A DNA stretch of 64,000 nucleotides from Micrococcaceae bacterium. Lineage in GTDB: Bacteria > Actinomycetota > Actinomycetes > Actinomycetales > Micrococcaceae. Made by a program: the position numbers and the translations under genes. The stretch is taken from positions 145 to 64,144 of the forward strand of contig JASGFC010000006.1 in the NCBI GenBank assembly GCA_047605865.1, in the 5' to 3' direction. The first letter of the stretch is position 1; each line of letters starts with the position of its first letter. A model generated the notes under the pieces. That model was not told the DNA's origin. It did not search any database and worked only from the letters and a program-made list of their open reading frames with translations. Positions 10,738 through 19,361 of this stretch are shown piece by piece.

Positions 10738-11695
10738 CCCAGATTCTGCGCAGTTACAGAAGCAGCCTGCTCAAACACCACCGAAGAAGGTATCAAGTAG
10801 TTTCACTTCTAACGGACTTAAATATAAAGAGTATGGTGCCTTCCTTGCTTTTGCGCTTCCAAATATTATTTTAATTTTGGTCTTTATCTATAACCCATTG
10901 TTGAACAATATTGTTTATTCTTTTACAAACTGGCAGCTGGGAGCACAGGTAACTCAATGGGTTGGTTTTGCAAACTATAAACGGTGGTTCACAGATCCTG
11001 CTAGTTGGGATGTCATGCGAATAACCGCAATATTTGCCGTGGCAACAGTAGGTGGAACACTCATCTTAGGAATGGGTATTGCCATGGCTTTAAACCAAAA
11101 AGTTAAAGGTAAAGTTCAAGCTGTTGCAAGGTCTTCAGTCTTTGCCCCTTACGTACTTTCTGGTGTTGGTGTTGGGCTGGTTTGGCTCTTCATCTTTGAC
11201 CCAATGTATGGTGCACTTGCTGGCATGCTCAAATGGTTTGGTATCAATTCGCCGGACTGGTATCAGGATCGTGGTTGGGCACTTTTGATGGTCATTATTG
11301 TGTACATTTGGAAAAACCTTGGTTATGCAGCCATCGTTTATTTAGCGGCTCTACAAGCGATTAACCCAAGTGTTCTTGAAGCAGCAGAAATTGATGGTGC
11401 AACTGGTTTCACTAGATTCCGTAAAATCATTTTCCCACTGCTTTCTCCAACAACGTTTTTCCTTTTAACTACCACGATACTTAACTCACTTCAGGCTTTT
11501 GACTTGATTAAGATTATGACTTCTGGTGGTCCGCTCAATGGAACAACAACGTTGATGTATCAGGTTTATCAAGAAGCCTTTGAAAATAGTCGTGCAGGAT
11601 ATTCAGCTGCTGTTGGTACTATCTTGTTCATCATTCTCTTAGGATTAACTATTTTCCAGATGCGTGTGCTTGAGAAGAAGGTGCATTACTCATGA
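10694..11695 (+). CDS. Carbohydrate ABC transporter permease (MalF/UgpA type)
   Basis: 6 TM helices. EAA loop EAAEIDGATGFTRFRKIIFP. Start uncertain (TTG 10694, GTG 10706 or TTG 10718; no in-frame ATG). Confidence 0.85.
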   Translation: MIQRQVSDLTTKTISPDSAQLQKQPAQTPPKKVSSSFTSNGLKYKEYGAFLAFALPNIILILVFIYNPLLNNIVYSFTNWQLGAQVTQWVGFANYKRWFTDPASWDVMRITAIFAVATVGGTLILGMGIAMALNQKVKGKVQAVARSSVFAPYVLSGVGVGLVWLFIFDPMYGALAGMLKWFGINSPDWYQDRGWALLMVIIVYIWKNLGYAAIVYLAALQAINPSVLEAAEIDGATGFTRFRKIIFPLLSPTTFFLLTTTILNSLQAFDLIKIMTSGGPLNGTTTLMYQVYQEAFENSRAGYSAAVGTILFIILLGLTIFQMRVLEKKVHYS

Positions 11696-12597
11696 GTACT
11701 TCTGTACAAACAACTCCAACTAGTACAACTCCAGTGGCGCCAAAGCCTGAGAAAGCTCTTTCGAAGGAAAATATCAGTGCAACACTGCTTACTGGGTATG
11801 TACCTTTGATTGTTGCAACACTAGTGATGATTTTGCCATTGCTTTGGATGTTCCTTTCATCCTTTAAGCAAGCAAACGAAATCTTTAATATTCCAATCCA
11901 GTGGTTCCCACACAGCGCGTACACTGAGAACTACACGCATGCTTTGCAAAAAGTTCCTTTTGATCGCTTCTTTGTGAACTCAGTTATTGTTACTATCTTT
12001 GGTGCAGGCATTAAAGTATTTCTAGCAATTCTAACTGCCTATGCACTCGTGTTTATTAAGTTCCCAGCTAAGAACTTAATCTTCACTCTCATTTTGGTGA
12101 CCTTGATGGTTCCACCACAAGTTGCACTTTTACCAAACTACGCATTAATTGCTGGTTTAGGATTGAAGAATACTTATGCTGGTATTATCTTGCCAGGATT
12201 AGCAAGTGCTTTTGGTACTTTCTTGTTGCGTCAGCAGTTTATGACTTTACCAAAGTCTTTGCTGGAAGCAGCAGAACTTGAAGGTGCGGGACACTGGAAG
12301 CGCCTGTGGCAGATAGTTGTTCCTATCTCCATGCCTACCATTGCAACAGTAACTTTGGTTTCAATTGTGTATGAGTGGAACGATTACCTCTGGCCATTAA
12401 TTATCACGGATGATCCAAATAAAATGACTCTTCCTGTTGGGCTAAGCTTATTGCAGTCTTCTGAATCTGGTTCAACTGACTGGGGTATGCTCATGGCAGG
12501 TTCTGTCATGGTCATTCTACCTATTTTGGTCATCTTCTTAGCGCTACAACGCTATATCGTAGCAGGTATGACTCAAGGAGCGGTGACAGGTGAGTAA
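11692..12597 (+). CDS. Carbohydrate ABC transporter permease (MalG/UgpE type)
   Basis: 6 TM helices. EAA loop EAAELEGAGHWKRLWQIVVP. ATGA overlap with the upstream permease. Confidence 0.9.
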   Translation: MSTSVQTTPTSTTPVAPKPEKALSKENISATLLTGYVPLIVATLVMILPLLWMFLSSFKQANEIFNIPIQWFPHSAYTENYTHALQKVPFDRFFVNSVIVTIFGAGIKVFLAILTAYALVFIKFPAKNLIFTLILVTLMVPPQVALLPNYALIAGLGLKNTYAGIILPGLASAFGTFLLRQQFMTLPKSLLEAAELEGAGHWKRLWQIVVPISMPTIATVTLVSIVYEWNDYLWPLIITDDPNKMTLPVGLSLLQSSESGSTDWGMLMAGSVMVILPILVIFLALQRYIVAGMTQGAVTGE

Positions 12598-13984
12598 TCT
12601 TATAAATCGACGTAATTTTCTTGGGTTATCAATGGCTGGAATTGCCTCAGTAGGGCTTTCTGGCTGTATGGTGGGAGCCAAAATTGGTGGAGAACCAGGC
12701 GAAGTCCAAGAATTTACTGATTGGACTAACGTCAAACCAGCTCCAAAAATAGATTTTTGGTCTACGCACCCTGGTACTTCGCAAGATACAGAACAAGCAA
12801 TCGTAGATGCCTTCAATGCTTCACAAAATGATGTGAAGGTCAACCTTGTTACTGCAGGTAAAGACTATGATGAAGCAGCACAAAAGTTTCAAACAGCCTT
12901 AGCTTCAAAACAGCTACCTGGGGTCACGATGTTCTCAGATGTGTGGTGGTTCAGGTATTATCTCAACCAAAGCATTACTCCCTTGAATTCACTGATGACT
13001 CACTTGCAGTTTGACAATGCAGACTATCAAGATGAGTTCATGAAAGATTATGTTTATTCAGGCAAACAGTGGGCAGTTCCATATGCGCGTTCAACACCGT
13101 TGTTTTATTACAATAAAACGCACTGGAAGAATGCTGGTTTACCGGATCGTGCACCTACAACATGGGATGAATTAGCAGGCTGGGCGCCACAGATTAAAGC
13201 TGCAAATTCCAGCATTAAATCTGTTTTCGAATTCCCTAACGTCAATGACTACATTGATTGGCAGATTGAGTCTTTGCTCTGGGGCGAAGGGGCAGCTATT
13301 TCAAATGGTTGGGATATTACCTTTGATCAAGCACCTGCTGTAGCTGCTATGACTAAATTCCAGAATTGGATTTACAAAGATAAGTGGGCTGCTGTTTCTC
13401 CGAACCTAGCAACGGCTGATATGGGTGCTCAAGCAACGAGCTGTACCATAAGCTCTACCGGCTCCATGTCTGGTTTGTTGAAGAGCACTGACGGAAAGTT
13501 TGACGTTGGTGCTGGTTTCATGCCAGGTGGTTCAAAGGTTCAAGGTAAGGTAACACCAACTGGTGGTGCTGGTCTTGGGATCCCTCAAGGTATCACTCCT
13601 GAGGAGAAGCTGTCTGCTGGAATGTTCTTGAAGTTCCTCACGAACCCAGAAAATTCGGCTAAATTCTCTGACGCAACAGGATATATTCCAGTGCGTAAAA
13701 GCGCTGATACCACTGAGCTTTATCAGAAGATGCCATTAGCTAAGATTGCAGTCAATCAGATGGCTCAAGCTCGTCCTCAAGATTATGGACGCGTTTTTAT
13801 TCCTGGTTCTTCTTTGATTATTGGAGATGCTGTAGGGCAGATTTTTACTCAAAAAGGTGATCCTCAATCTACACTTTCTTCTGCTGCTCAGAAGATCAAG
13901 AGCAATTATGAAAACGATGTGCAGTCGCACTTAGCAAAAAGTGATTCTAGCGCAAGTGCTAGTGCTTCGCCAAAAGCAAGTTAG
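12590..13984 (+). CDS. Extracellular solute-binding lipoprotein (family 1, sugar)
   Basis: GTG start. Tat-like RRNFLGLS followed by lipobox LSGC. SBP_bac_1-like sequence. Ser/Ala-rich C-terminus. Confidence 0.88.
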   Translation: MSNLINRRNFLGLSMAGIASVGLSGCMVGAKIGGEPGEVQEFTDWTNVKPAPKIDFWSTHPGTSQDTEQAIVDAFNASQNDVKVNLVTAGKDYDEAAQKFQTALASKQLPGVTMFSDVWWFRYYLNQSITPLNSLMTHLQFDNADYQDEFMKDYVYSGKQWAVPYARSTPLFYYNKTHWKNAGLPDRAPTTWDELAGWAPQIKAANSSIKSVFEFPNVNDYIDWQIESLLWGEGAAISNGWDITFDQAPAVAAMTKFQNWIYKDKWAAVSPNLATADMGAQATSCTISSTGSMSGLLKSTDGKFDVGAGFMPGGSKVQGKVTPTGGAGLGIPQGITPEEKLSAGMFLKFLTNPENSAKFSDATGYIPVRKSADTTELYQKMPLAKIAVNQMAQARPQDYGRVFIPGSSLIIGDAVGQIFTQKGDPQSTLSSAAQKIKSNYENDVQSHLAKSDSSASASASPKAS

Positions 13985-13997
13985 TTGCTTAACTTTA

Positions 13998-14034
13998 AGA
14001 CCCGTTGCACGATGGTGTGGCGGGTCTTTTATTT
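13998..14034 (+). terminator. Intrinsic terminator of the sugar ABC operon
   Basis: AGACCCG ... CGGGTCT stem followed by TTTTATTT. Confidence 0.7.
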
Positions 14035-14050
14035 CAGTACAGCTTTCGAC

Positions 14051-14110
14051 TTCGTGACTTTTGGTTATTTTCGTGAGAAATAGCTCACGAAAATAACCAA
14101 AAGTCACGAA
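14051..14110. repeat. Perfect 27-bp-arm palindrome (family copy 1)
   Basis: TTCGTGACTTTTGGTTATTTTCGTGAG-aaatag-CTCACGAAAATAACCAAAAGTCACGAA. The arms are exact reverse complements. Lies in the convergent gap after the canonical terminator of the SBP gene. Confidence 0.9.
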
Positions 14111-14140
14111 CTGTTAGGTGATATGCTTCAGAGCATTACC

Positions 14141-15148
14141 TTAGCTCAAGTTTTTCAACAATCTGCGTAGAGAATCGACTCTGCTTGCTAATCTTGCATC
14201 TTCTGGGCTTTTAGACAACAGGGTATCAATACCACAGTTAGTAGCTTCAGCATTGTGCAGGCACCCTTTTTCGCACTCAGTGGTGGCTTGCAGAATTTCA
14301 GGAAAGCCATTGAGAATATCATCACGATTTACATGCGCTAAACCAAAAGAACGAATACCAGGAGTATCAATAAGCCAACCACCATTTTTTAACTGTACAG
14401 CCAGAGTGGATGAAGTAGTATGTCTACCTCTTCCAGTTGTTTCGTTGACATGACCAACTGATCTATCTGAACCAGAAAGCGTGTTTGTTAGAGTTGACTT
14501 TCCTACTCCAGAATGACCTGCTAGAACCGAGACCTTTCCTTGTAAAACATCTTTGAGCTTTTTCAAAGAATCAGCATTGACTTTTCCATCGTGCATAAAG
14601 CTTTCAAAAACCTTGACCCCTAGTGGTTCATAATGTTCCCTTAGTGCAGTAGCTGTTGCTAAGTCAGTTTTAGTTACGCACAGAGAAGGTTTGATCTCAG
14701 CGGCTATGGCTGCAACTATCATGCGGTCTATTAAACCGGTTCGTGGTTCTGGTTCAGCTGCTGCAGTCACTATCAATAAATTATCAACATTTGCAACAAG
14801 AATACGTTCTTGCTTGTCGGTATCATCGCCACTACGTCGCAAGAAATTTCTGCGCTGTTCAATGCGCACAATACGAGCTAAAGAGCCTTCAGTTCCTGAA
14901 GTATCTCCAACCAATGCAACGATATCACCTGGTACGATAGCTTCTTTGCGAAGTTCTTTGGCGCGCATGGCAGTCACTTCATGTTCGTCTTTAGAGTCTG
15001 TTGAAATAACCGTGGTATACCTACCTCGATCAACTGCAATAACTAGTGCTTTAATAGCCTCTTTATGTTGTGGGCGATCCTTAGTCCGTGGCCGATTTGC
15101 TTTGGGATTAGGCCGAGCTTTGTATTCGTAGTTATCCCATTTACTCAT
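14141..15148 (-). CDS. rsgA: Ribosome small-subunit-dependent GTPase A
   Basis: Circularly permuted GTPase (VTKTDL, AGHSGVGKSTL, DTPG) and C-terminal Cys/His cluster. I place the start at ATG 15148 (MSKWDNY), overlapping the aroA stop by 8 nt, not at the ORF-track start 15235. Confidence 0.9.
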   Translation of the reverse strand: MSKWDNYEYKARPNPKANRPRTKDRPQHKEAIKALVIAVDRGRYTTVISTDSKDEHEVTAMRAKELRKEAIVPGDIVALVGDTSGTEGSLARIVRIEQRRNFLRRSGDDTDKQERILVANVDNLLIVTAAAEPEPRTGLIDRMIVAAIAAEIKPSLCVTKTDLATATALREHYEPLGVKVFESFMHDGKVNADSLKKLKDVLQGKVSVLAGHSGVGKSTLTNTLSGSDRSVGHVNETTGRGRHTTSSTLAVQLKNGGWLIDTPGIRSFGLAHVNRDDILNGFPEILQATTECEKGCLHNAEATNCGIDTLLSKSPEDARLASRVDSLRRLLKNLS

Positions 15149-16442
15149 TGTGAACCTTAGCGGAGAGCATGTTATTCCAGAGTTTAACAAAGTCAGGCAT
15201 GGTCTTTGATGTGGTCTCAATATTTTCAATTGCAATGCCTGGAATTTTTAGCCCTAAAATTGCAGCAGTAGTAGCCATACGATGATCGTGATATGTCTTA
15301 AAATTTGCGCCATGAAGTTTACTTGGCGTAAAGGCAAGAGAATCTTTTCTTTCGCTTACTTTTCCACCAAGATTGGTAAATTCAGTGTTAAGAGCTTTTA
15401 GTCGATCTGTTTCATGGCCACGAAGATGCTCAATACCAGTGATTTCACTTGGGTCGGGTGCCAACAAACATAAAGCAGCTAAATTTGGAGCAAGTTCACC
15501 AACTGCAGATAAGTCAAGAGTGCCAGGACTTTGAAGTTGATCAGGACCAGTAAAGAACATTGTTCCATCACGATATTGTGTAGTTCCACCAAATCTTTGG
15601 AGCAACTGCGGCAGCTGGAAACCTGCCTGTGTGCTGTGTTCTGGCCAATGAGGGATTTCAACAGTGCCGCCGGTAACCATTGCAGCACAGGCAAAAGGGG
15701 CAGCATTTGAAAGATCAGGTTCTACTGTTACTTCAAAAGGAGATAGAGTCTGTGGTTTAATTGTCCATCGTGCTGGTTCTTCAAAGGAAGTTTCTATACC
15801 TAAGCTTTCTAATGTTTTACAAGTCATGTTAATGTGTGGCAAGCTTGGCAAGTTTGTGCCCGTATGGATAATCTCAAGACCTTGTTGGCATCTAAAAGAA
15901 ATGAGAAGTAAAGCAGTAATGAATTGAGAGGAGGAACTAGCGTCAATTTCAATTTTTCCACCTTCAACAATGCCAGTTCCGTGTACTGTAAAAGGAAGTG
16001 AGTTGCCATTGTGCCGTGTGACTTTTACACCAAGTTTTTCAAGAGAATCTAAAGTGGTTTTCATCGGGCGTATTTGTGCTTGTTCATCACCGTCAAAAAG
16101 GGTATCTCCTTTTCTGAATGCAGCAAGAAGGGGTGCAAAACGCATCACGGTTCCAGCCAAGCCACAATCAATTTTTACAGTGTCTTCTTTAAAGCTAGGC
16201 ACGATGGTTGCAGTGCTGCCGTTCTTCTCAATAGAAGCACCTAATGAAGAAAGTGCTTGTTCCATCAACTGCCCATCACGAGCATTGAGAACGTTGTGAA
16301 TTGTGCTGGTTCCGTTAGCGAGAGATGCAAGAAATAGGTAGCGATTACTGAGAGATTTTGAGGCCGGAACTACAACAGCAGCATTGAGCTTATGTGTGGC
16401 GTGTGGAGCTTTCCACCATCGTGCTGTTAGCTGAGAAACCAT
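15141..16442 (-). CDS. aroA: 3-phosphoshikimate 1-carboxyvinyltransferase (EPSP synthase)
   Basis: PASKSLSNRYLFLASLANG motif and full-length EPSP synthase fold pattern. Confidence 0.93.
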   Translation of the reverse strand: MVSQLTARWWKAPHATHKLNAAVVVPASKSLSNRYLFLASLANGTSTIHNVLNARDGQLMEQALSSLGASIEKNGSTATIVPSFKEDTVKIDCGLAGTVMRFAPLLAAFRKGDTLFDGDEQAQIRPMKTTLDSLEKLGVKVTRHNGNSLPFTVHGTGIVEGGKIEIDASSSSQFITALLLISFRCQQGLEIIHTGTNLPSLPHINMTCKTLESLGIETSFEEPARWTIKPQTLSPFEVTVEPDLSNAAPFACAAMVTGGTVEIPHWPEHSTQAGFQLPQLLQRFGGTTQYRDGTMFFTGPDQLQSPGTLDLSAVGELAPNLAALCLLAPDPSEITGIEHLRGHETDRLKALNTEFTNLGGKVSERKDSLAFTPSKLHGANFKTYHDHRMATTAAILGLKIPGIAIENIETTSKTMPDFVKLWNNMLSAKVHNE

Positions 16443-16556
16443 AGGGTTATTTTAACCTATAATCTAGCAAGCTTTCAGTAAAAAGTCGTACTATAGAAGT
16501 GTCTTAATCATAAGATTATCAATCTGTATAGATTATAGAAAAGGAAATGAGGAATC

Positions 16557-16847
16557 ATGAAAGACGAACAGAAACTTGCTGAAGGCGAAACAGTAGAACT
16601 TAAAGATCAGAATAGTGGTTGTGCTTGCAATGACGATAGCAACGATGATGCTTGCTGCCAGGATGATGCAAATCAGAACAAAGCCACTGACACTGATTCA
16701 GATTTAGAAGATGCTGATACAGATGATGAAGCTGGAGCAGGTGCAACCGAAACACTTTCTTCTGACGATGAAGATGACTCTGATGAAGATTCAGAAGAGG
16801 AAGAAGACGAAGATCACGAGACTAACAACGACAAAGAAGATTACTAA
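16557..16847 (+). CDS. Small, extremely acidic protein with N-proximal Cys cluster; function unknown
   Basis: SD AGGAA 6-7 nt upstream of the ATG. Strong terminator directly downstream. GCACNDDSNDDACC followed by a D/E/S/T tail. Confidence 0.6.
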   Translation: MKDEQKLAEGETVELKDQNSGCACNDDSNDDACCQDDANQNKATDTDSDLEDADTDDEAGAGATETLSSDDEDDSDEDSEEEEDEDHETNNDKEDY

Positions 16848-16872
16848 ATCGATAGTCTCGTACTAAAGTTCA

Positions 16873-16905
16873 AGAGGAGGTGTACGTCACCTCCTCTTTT
16901 CTTTT
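16873..16905 (+). terminator. Intrinsic terminator of the acidic ORF
   Basis: AGAGGAGGTG-tacgt-CACCTCCTCT followed by TTTTCTTTTT. Confidence 0.85.
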
Positions 16906-16918
16906 TCCCTTTCCTCTT

Positions 16919-16982
16919 CCGCAAATCAGTGCCATTTTCTGAAATTTTAGTGATTTTTTCAGAAAACAGCACTGACTTGCGG
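16919..16982. repeat. Long imperfect palindrome in the convergent gap (acidic ORF / sulfurtransferase)
   Basis: CCGCAAATCAGTGCCATTTTCTGAAA ... TTTCAGAAAACAGCACTGACTTGCGG, 23/26 complementary. Flanked by a pyrimidine tract (left) and a purine tract (right) that can extend the pairing. Confidence 0.75.
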
Positions 16983-17001
16983 ATAGACGGAGGGAGGGGA
17001 T

Positions 17002-17793
17002 TTAGGATTCGATATCGTTAACAGGGTCTGCTTCCCATGCAGAATACGAACCTGGGTAAAGTTTTGCTTGGATACCTGCTATTTCCATAGCTGCAATATT
17101 GTGGCACGCTGTAACCCCAGAACCGCAGTAAACAGTGGGGTTATTTAAGCTAGTAAAGCGTTTCTTTAAGGCATCGGGGCCTAAAAAGTTTCCAGATTCA
17201 TCAACATTCTCCGTAGTAGGAAGATTGATAGCTCCTGGAATGTGACCAGGACGTTTATCTACAGGATTTGGTACTCCTGCGAAGCGCTCGGCAGCACGAG
17301 AATCTACTAGCTCATCAGAATGAGCAGGTAAAGCTACCGCCATGTGACCAAAAGTCCAGTTTACTTGTGTTGAAGTAGCACGATAATTCTCAGTTCCAGA
17401 AACTACAGGAAATCCTGCTGCTTCCCAAGCCTGAATTCCACCATCTAGCAGATAAGTTTGCCTAATCCCAGCATTGCGAAGGAGCCACCACATCCGAGCA
17501 GCACTCAAATTTTTGTTGTCATCATAAATCACAACAGTGCTATCAGGCGTTAAACCCCATTCATTGAGTTGCTGCCCAAAAGCTGTTTCAGCGGGAAGTG
17601 GATGCCGCCCATCTGTTGCTTTGCCAGGTCTAGCAAGTTGTTGTTCAAGATCAACAAAAGTAGCGTCAGCAATATGACCTGCAGCAAATCGCTCTAGATC
17701 ATCTGTTTTACCAAGCTGCCATCGCACGTCAAAAATCCGAACAGTAGGCATATCATGAAGTTCTTGAGCTGAAACTATCACTTTATTTTTCAT
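17002..17793 (-). CDS. Thiosulfate/3-mercaptopyruvate sulfurtransferase (tandem rhodanese)
   Basis: Two rhodanese domains. Active-site loop YCGSGVTAC in the second. Confidence 0.88.
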   Translation of the reverse strand: MKNKVIVSAQELHDMPTVRIFDVRWQLGKTDDLERFAAGHIADATFVDLEQQLARPGKATDGRHPLPAETAFGQQLNEWGLTPDSTVVIYDDNKNLSAARMWWLLRNAGIRQTYLLDGGIQAWEAAGFPVVSGTENYRATSTQVNWTFGHMAVALPAHSDELVDSRAAERFAGVPNPVDKRPGHIPGAINLPTTENVDESGNFLGPDALKKRFTSLNNPTVYCGSGVTACHNIAAMEIAGIQAKLYPGSYSAWEADPVNDIES

Positions 17794-17903
17794 GACTTAA
17801 GTTTACTACTGTACAACATAGGGGTTGTTAGTAATAAAGAAGTTGCGTCTTTGAGCTAAGAGTTAAGATATTAGCAAAGGCAAATTTGAAAGGCTTAAGT
17901 AAT

Positions 17904-18482
17904 ATGGTACAAGCTCGCTGTGGCTGGGCGAAGAATGACCTAGCTATTAAGTACCACGATAACGAATGGGGAGTTCCACTTCATGATGATCATAAACTCT
18001 TTGAGCTGCTCATCCTCGAAGGTGCGCAAGCAGGATTAAGTTGGGATACAGTGCTGGCTAAGCGGGAAAATTATCGTGAAGCCTTTGATGGTTTTGATAT
18101 TAAAACTGTAGCTGACTATGATACAGCTAAGTGCGAAGAACTACAGCAGAATTCAGGTATCATCCGCAACAAGTTAAAGATTGCTTCAGCAGTGCAGAAT
18201 GCTCAAGCGTACCTCAAAGTTCAAGAAGAATTTGGCGGTTTTGACAAGTACCTGTGGGGTTTTGTAGACAATAAACCCATTGTGAATTCATGGACAGAAC
18301 TAGCCAAAGTACCTGCGAGCACAGAAACTTCAGAAACAATCAGTAAAGACATGAAGATACGTGGCTTTAATTTCGTTGGACCTACTATTATCTATGCTTA
18401 TATGCAGTCAACTGGATTGGTCAACGATCATCTCACAAGCTGTTTTAGGTACAATGAGGTTACTCATGAAGAAGGAAAATAA
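17904..18482 (+). CDS. tag: DNA-3-methyladenine glycosylase I
   Basis: RCGWAKNDLAIKYHDNEWGVPLHDD and helix-hairpin-helix core typical of Tag. ATG 17904 preferred over TTG 17886. Confidence 0.9.
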   Translation: MVQARCGWAKNDLAIKYHDNEWGVPLHDDHKLFELLILEGAQAGLSWDTVLAKRENYREAFDGFDIKTVADYDTAKCEELQQNSGIIRNKLKIASAVQNAQAYLKVQEEFGGFDKYLWGFVDNKPIVNSWTELAKVPASTETSETISKDMKIRGFNFVGPTIIYAYMQSTGLVNDHLTSCFRYNEVTHEEGK

Positions 18483-18937
18483 TGTCTGATTTTGAAATCG
18501 TAGATCTTGATACAAAGACGGTAACAGGACTTGAAATTCGTACCAATAATGAGATTGAAGCTTCATCAAAGGGCAAGATTGCAAAGGCCTGGGAGGAAAC
18601 TCGTCAAGTAGAAGACCCTAACCTTCCAGCTGCAGTTTACACTGATTATTCGGGCAATCAAGATGATGATTTCAGCGTGGTTATAGGTTTCATCAATCGT
18701 GAGCCGCACGATGGTGAACGTACTGTTGAAGTTCCAGCAGGCAAGTATGCGAAATTTAGTAAAACAGGCCCTATTCCAGATGCAGTGTTAGCTGCTTGGC
18801 AGGACGTTTGGGCGGCTGAAAAGTCAGGGTCGTTAAAACGTGCGTATCAAGCTGATTTAGAGTTTTATCCAAATATGGGACAAGCAGGGGTTGAATTTGA
18901 TAAGAATGCTCTCATTGAACTTTACATTTCAATCTAA
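18482..18937 (+). CDS. GyrI-like small-molecule-binding domain protein
   Basis: About 150 aa with the two-repeat beta-alpha-beta-beta pattern of the GyrI/SbmC/AraC_E_bind family. TAATG overlap with the tag stop. Confidence 0.65.
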   Translation: MSDFEIVDLDTKTVTGLEIRTNNEIEASSKGKIAKAWEETRQVEDPNLPAAVYTDYSGNQDDDFSVVIGFINREPHDGERTVEVPAGKYAKFSKTGPIPDAVLAAWQDVWAAEKSGSLKRAYQADLEFYPNMGQAGVEFDKNALIELYISI

Positions 18938-18950
18938 TATGCTATTGGCT

Positions 18951-19361
18951 TCATTTTTTGGAGGTATCTAGTTGTACAAAATACATGTGAACGTTTTTAA
19001 CCAGAGCATCTTTAGCTGTATTAACGAACCGTGCTACGTGACAGAATTGATACCTTGTACCATTGGTTCGCTCCATCGTGCCCTCAGCCATGCCACCATT
19101 ACCGTGACTTAAGGCATTAGTAACTTCAATGGTTTTAACTGCTGGGTCTTTAGGTAACTCATGCACCAATTCATCAAGGGTGTAGTTTAAGTCTGTACCA
19201 ACAATTGACAAGGTAAAATCATCACGAACATGTGGTTTTAAAGCTTCAATATCCCGTTCGGCAATAGCAATACTGATATCAACGATACGGGCCATTTTTG
19301 GTGCGTTGTTACAACTAAAGAATACTTTTGTTTCCATAGTTTTAGTATAGGCTTTTAACAT
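18951..19361 (-). CDS. Hypothetical protein, possibly NTF2/SnoaL-like fold
   Basis: Clean 136-aa ORF with no SD at either candidate start (19361 or 19337). Fold assignment is from the alpha+beta pattern only. Confidence 0.4.
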   Translation of the reverse strand: MLKAYTKTMETKVFFSCNNAPKMARIVDISIAIAERDIEALKPHVRDDFTLSIVGTDLNYTLDELVHELPKDPAVKTIEVTNALSHGNGGMAEGTMERTNGTRYQFCHVARFVNTAKDALVKNVHMYFVQLDTSKK

